Positions 61,995-64,000 of a DNA stretch of 64,000 nucleotides are shown piece by piece. The notes beneath the pieces were generated by a model. The model saw only the letters and a list, made by a program, of their open reading frames with translations. It made no database searches and was not told the origin of the DNA. How positions within the stretch are numbered: the first letter of the stretch is position 1; each line of letters opens with the position of its first letter. The position numbers were made by a program, and so were the translations under genes. Source of the DNA: an uncultured Nitrospiraceae bacterium (lineage in GTDB: Bacteria > Nitrospirota > Thermodesulfovibrionia > Thermodesulfovibrionales > Dissulfurispiraceae); contig CAVSHF010000005.1 of the NCBI GenBank assembly GCA_963727805.1, positions 576,001 to 640,000 on the forward strand. Reading direction: 5' to 3'.

Positions 61995-62504
61995 ATGATT
62001 CGCGCTACTGAAATAAAAGAGAAGATTTATGAGCTTGCCCAGCAGGTGGCCGAAGACGAGCAGATCGAGCTCGTCGACGTAACAATCCTCGGCGCCGGGA
62101 AAAAGATGCTGGTGAGGGTCACCATCGATAAGGAAAGCGGGGTGACGATAAGCGACTGTGAGCGCATGAGCAGAGGCCTCGAGGCGTTGCTGGATGTAGA
62201 GGACCTTATCCAGGTAGCCTATATGCTCGAAGTATCATCGCCGGGCCTTGATAGGCCTCTTACAAAAATGAGGGACTTTGAGAGAAGCAGGGGCAAACTA
62301 GCGAGAATCATCACATCGGAAAAGATCGGAAACGAATCGTTCTTTATCGGAAGGGTTATCGACACCGGTGACAACTGGATAAGACTCCGGCTTGAGGAAA
62401 AGTCCGTCAAGAGACCGTCAAAAAAGAAGGTTTCGGAAGAACCAAGAGATGTCTTCATCCCCTTTGAAAATATTTCGAAGGCCAAACTCGAAATAGAGTC
62501 TTGA
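61995..62504 (+). CDS. rimP: Ribosome maturation factor RimP
   Basis: GVTISDCE, YMLEVSSPGLDRPL. Confidence 0.93.
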   Translation: MIRATEIKEKIYELAQQVAEDEQIELVDVTILGAGKKMLVRVTIDKESGVTISDCERMSRGLEALLDVEDLIQVAYMLEVSSPGLDRPLTKMRDFERSRGKLARIITSEKIGNESFFIGRVIDTGDNWIRLRLEEKSVKRPSKKKVSEEPRDVFIPFENISKAKLEIES

Positions 62505-62530
62505 AATAGAGAATTACGAGGAGTATCGAT

Positions 62531-63652
62531 ATGTCAAAAGAACTCTGTTTTGTAATAGATCAGATAGGAAGGGACAAGGGCCTCTCCCGCGATGCCCTGC
62601 TGAAACTTCTTGAAGCTGCGCTGCTGTCGGCGGCAAAAAAGCGTTTTGTGAATAAACCTAACATAGACCTGCGGATAGACCACAAGACCTGCAATATTGC
62701 CGTCTTTGAGGTCAAAACCATTGTTGAAACTGTAACCGCTCCAAATGAGGAGATGTCCGTCAGCGAAGCACAGACGCTCCATCCCGGCAAGACCATCGGT
62801 GATACGGTTGAAATACCGGTACTCTTGCAGGATTTCGGAAGGATAGCTGCCCAGACCGCAAAACAGGTCCTCTTTCAGAAGGTGCGAGAGGCAGAACGCG
62901 ACATTATCTTCGAAGAATACAAAGATAAGATCGGACAGATCATCAGCGGTACGGTTATCAGGAAAGAGAAAGGTTTTTACTTTGTCGCCGTTGGCAAAGC
63001 AGAGGCGGTCCTGCCCCAGAGGGAAACACTTCCCAGCGAGACTCTAAAGAGGGGCGATATCGTAAAGGCCTACCTTGCAGATGTGAAGCAAACTGCCAAG
63101 GGGCCGGCGATCGTCCTTTCCAGAACCGATGCCAATTTTATTGCCGGCCTTTTCAAGATGGAAGTCCCAGAAATACATGATGGGATTGTCCTAATCAGAG
63201 GTATGGCAAGAGAACCCGGAGAGCGAACGAAGATAGCGGTTGCTTCGAAAGACAGCTCTGTCGATGCCGTCGGAGCCTGTGTTGGTATGAAGGGTACGCG
63301 GGTCCAGTCCATTGTACGAGAAGTTAAAGGCGAGCGTATCGATATAATTCCCTGGAGCGATGACCCGCGCATCTTCATCGCTAGGGCACTGACACCCGCG
63401 AACGTCGACAGGGTCGGCATCGACGAGGCCGGCACCGATAAGAGAGCTATGGTCATTGCGGATGACCAGCAACTGTCCCTTGCCATCGGTAAACGAGGTG
63501 TGAACATTAAGCTCGCTTCGAAGTTAACGGGATGGGAAATCGATATCCTGAGCGAATCGGAATACTCCAAACTCAAGCTCGAAGAGGCGGATAAAGCGCT
63601 TGACGAGTCGTTAAAAAAAGATTCTCAAGAGAAGGCGGAAGAATCGCAGTAG
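62531..63652 (+). CDS. nusA: Transcription factor NusA
   Basis: FGRIAAQTAKQV, EVPEI, AREPGERTKIAV, SLAIGKRG. Confidence 0.96.
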   Translation: MSKELCFVIDQIGRDKGLSRDALLKLLEAALLSAAKKRFVNKPNIDLRIDHKTCNIAVFEVKTIVETVTAPNEEMSVSEAQTLHPGKTIGDTVEIPVLLQDFGRIAAQTAKQVLFQKVREAERDIIFEEYKDKIGQIISGTVIRKEKGFYFVAVGKAEAVLPQRETLPSETLKRGDIVKAYLADVKQTAKGPAIVLSRTDANFIAGLFKMEVPEIHDGIVLIRGMAREPGERTKIAVASKDSSVDAVGACVGMKGTRVQSIVREVKGERIDIIPWSDDPRIFIARALTPANVDRVGIDEAGTDKRAMVIADDQQLSLAIGKRGVNIKLASKLTGWEIDILSESEYSKLKLEEADKALDESLKKDSQEKAEESQ

Positions 63653-63684
63653 GGGCAATCCATGAATTACCCTTACTACCTTGA

Positions 63685-64000
63685 ATGGATATCCTCTCCC
63701 CCATCCAGTATGTAAAAGGTGTCGGTCCCCGGCGCGCAGCACTACTGGCGCGGCTGGGGATAGTGAGTGTAAGGGATGCCCTCTTCCACCTGCCCTCCCG
63801 ATACGAAGACCGCAGTTCCATAAAGAAGATCGTACAACTCTCATATGGAGAGATTCATACGGTCACCGGCAAGGTAATCAAGTCGGAGGTCGTACCCGCG
63901 AGCCCCCGAAAGCCACGTCTCAAGATATTTTCCGTTGTCATAACCGACGGGAGCGGCGCTCTGACCGCTAAATGGTTCAATCAAACCTACCTCAACAGGA
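63685..64000 (+). CDS. recG: ATP-dependent DNA helicase RecG, N-terminal part (runs off the window)
   Basis: IQYVKGVGPRRA..LARLGI..DALFHLPSRYEDR..KWFNQTY. Confidence 0.88.
   Translation, partial: MDILSPIQYVKGVGPRRAALLARLGIVSVRDALFHLPSRYEDRSSIKKIVQLSYGEIHTVTGKVIKSEVVPASPRKPRLKIFSVVITDGSGALTAKWFNQTYLNR

Overview
Bacterial chromosomal window from a probable anaerobe; the gene content suggests Nitrospirota (Thermodesulfovibrionia-like) or Desulfobacterota, which is an inference. The left ~48 kb is accessory and signalling-rich. It holds a sigma54 two-component pair, an lrp-metY-cysK-metX-metW operon, pepN, a Lon protease with an internal receiver domain, a Ptb-Buk fusion with an ACT protein, and two TSUP(TauE)/two-component modules. 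It also holds a PEP-synthase-like dikinase with a PSRP regulator and three IS elements with readable ends. The right ~16 kb is housekeeping (pheTS, rplT, rpmI, infC, thrS, lolDE, lysS, tpiA, secG, rimP, nusA, recG). Top finding: an unannotated 37-codon ORF (33546-33659, minus strand), MKKELSKAALAKEAVLWDRLKKTSPGKACRK-U-SS-U-KS. It has two in-frame UGA codons and an fdhF-like SECIS hairpin 11 nt after the second UGA, and lies directly upstream of a radical SAM/SPASM enzyme: a candidate di-selenocysteine RiPP system. Other notable signals are AUA starts on both infC and thrS, a decayed inverted copy of the lolD-thrS junction, a symmetric back-to-back leaderless promoter (lysS/tpiA), and a short FAExGExxTAR motif shared by a small protein and a receiver protein.
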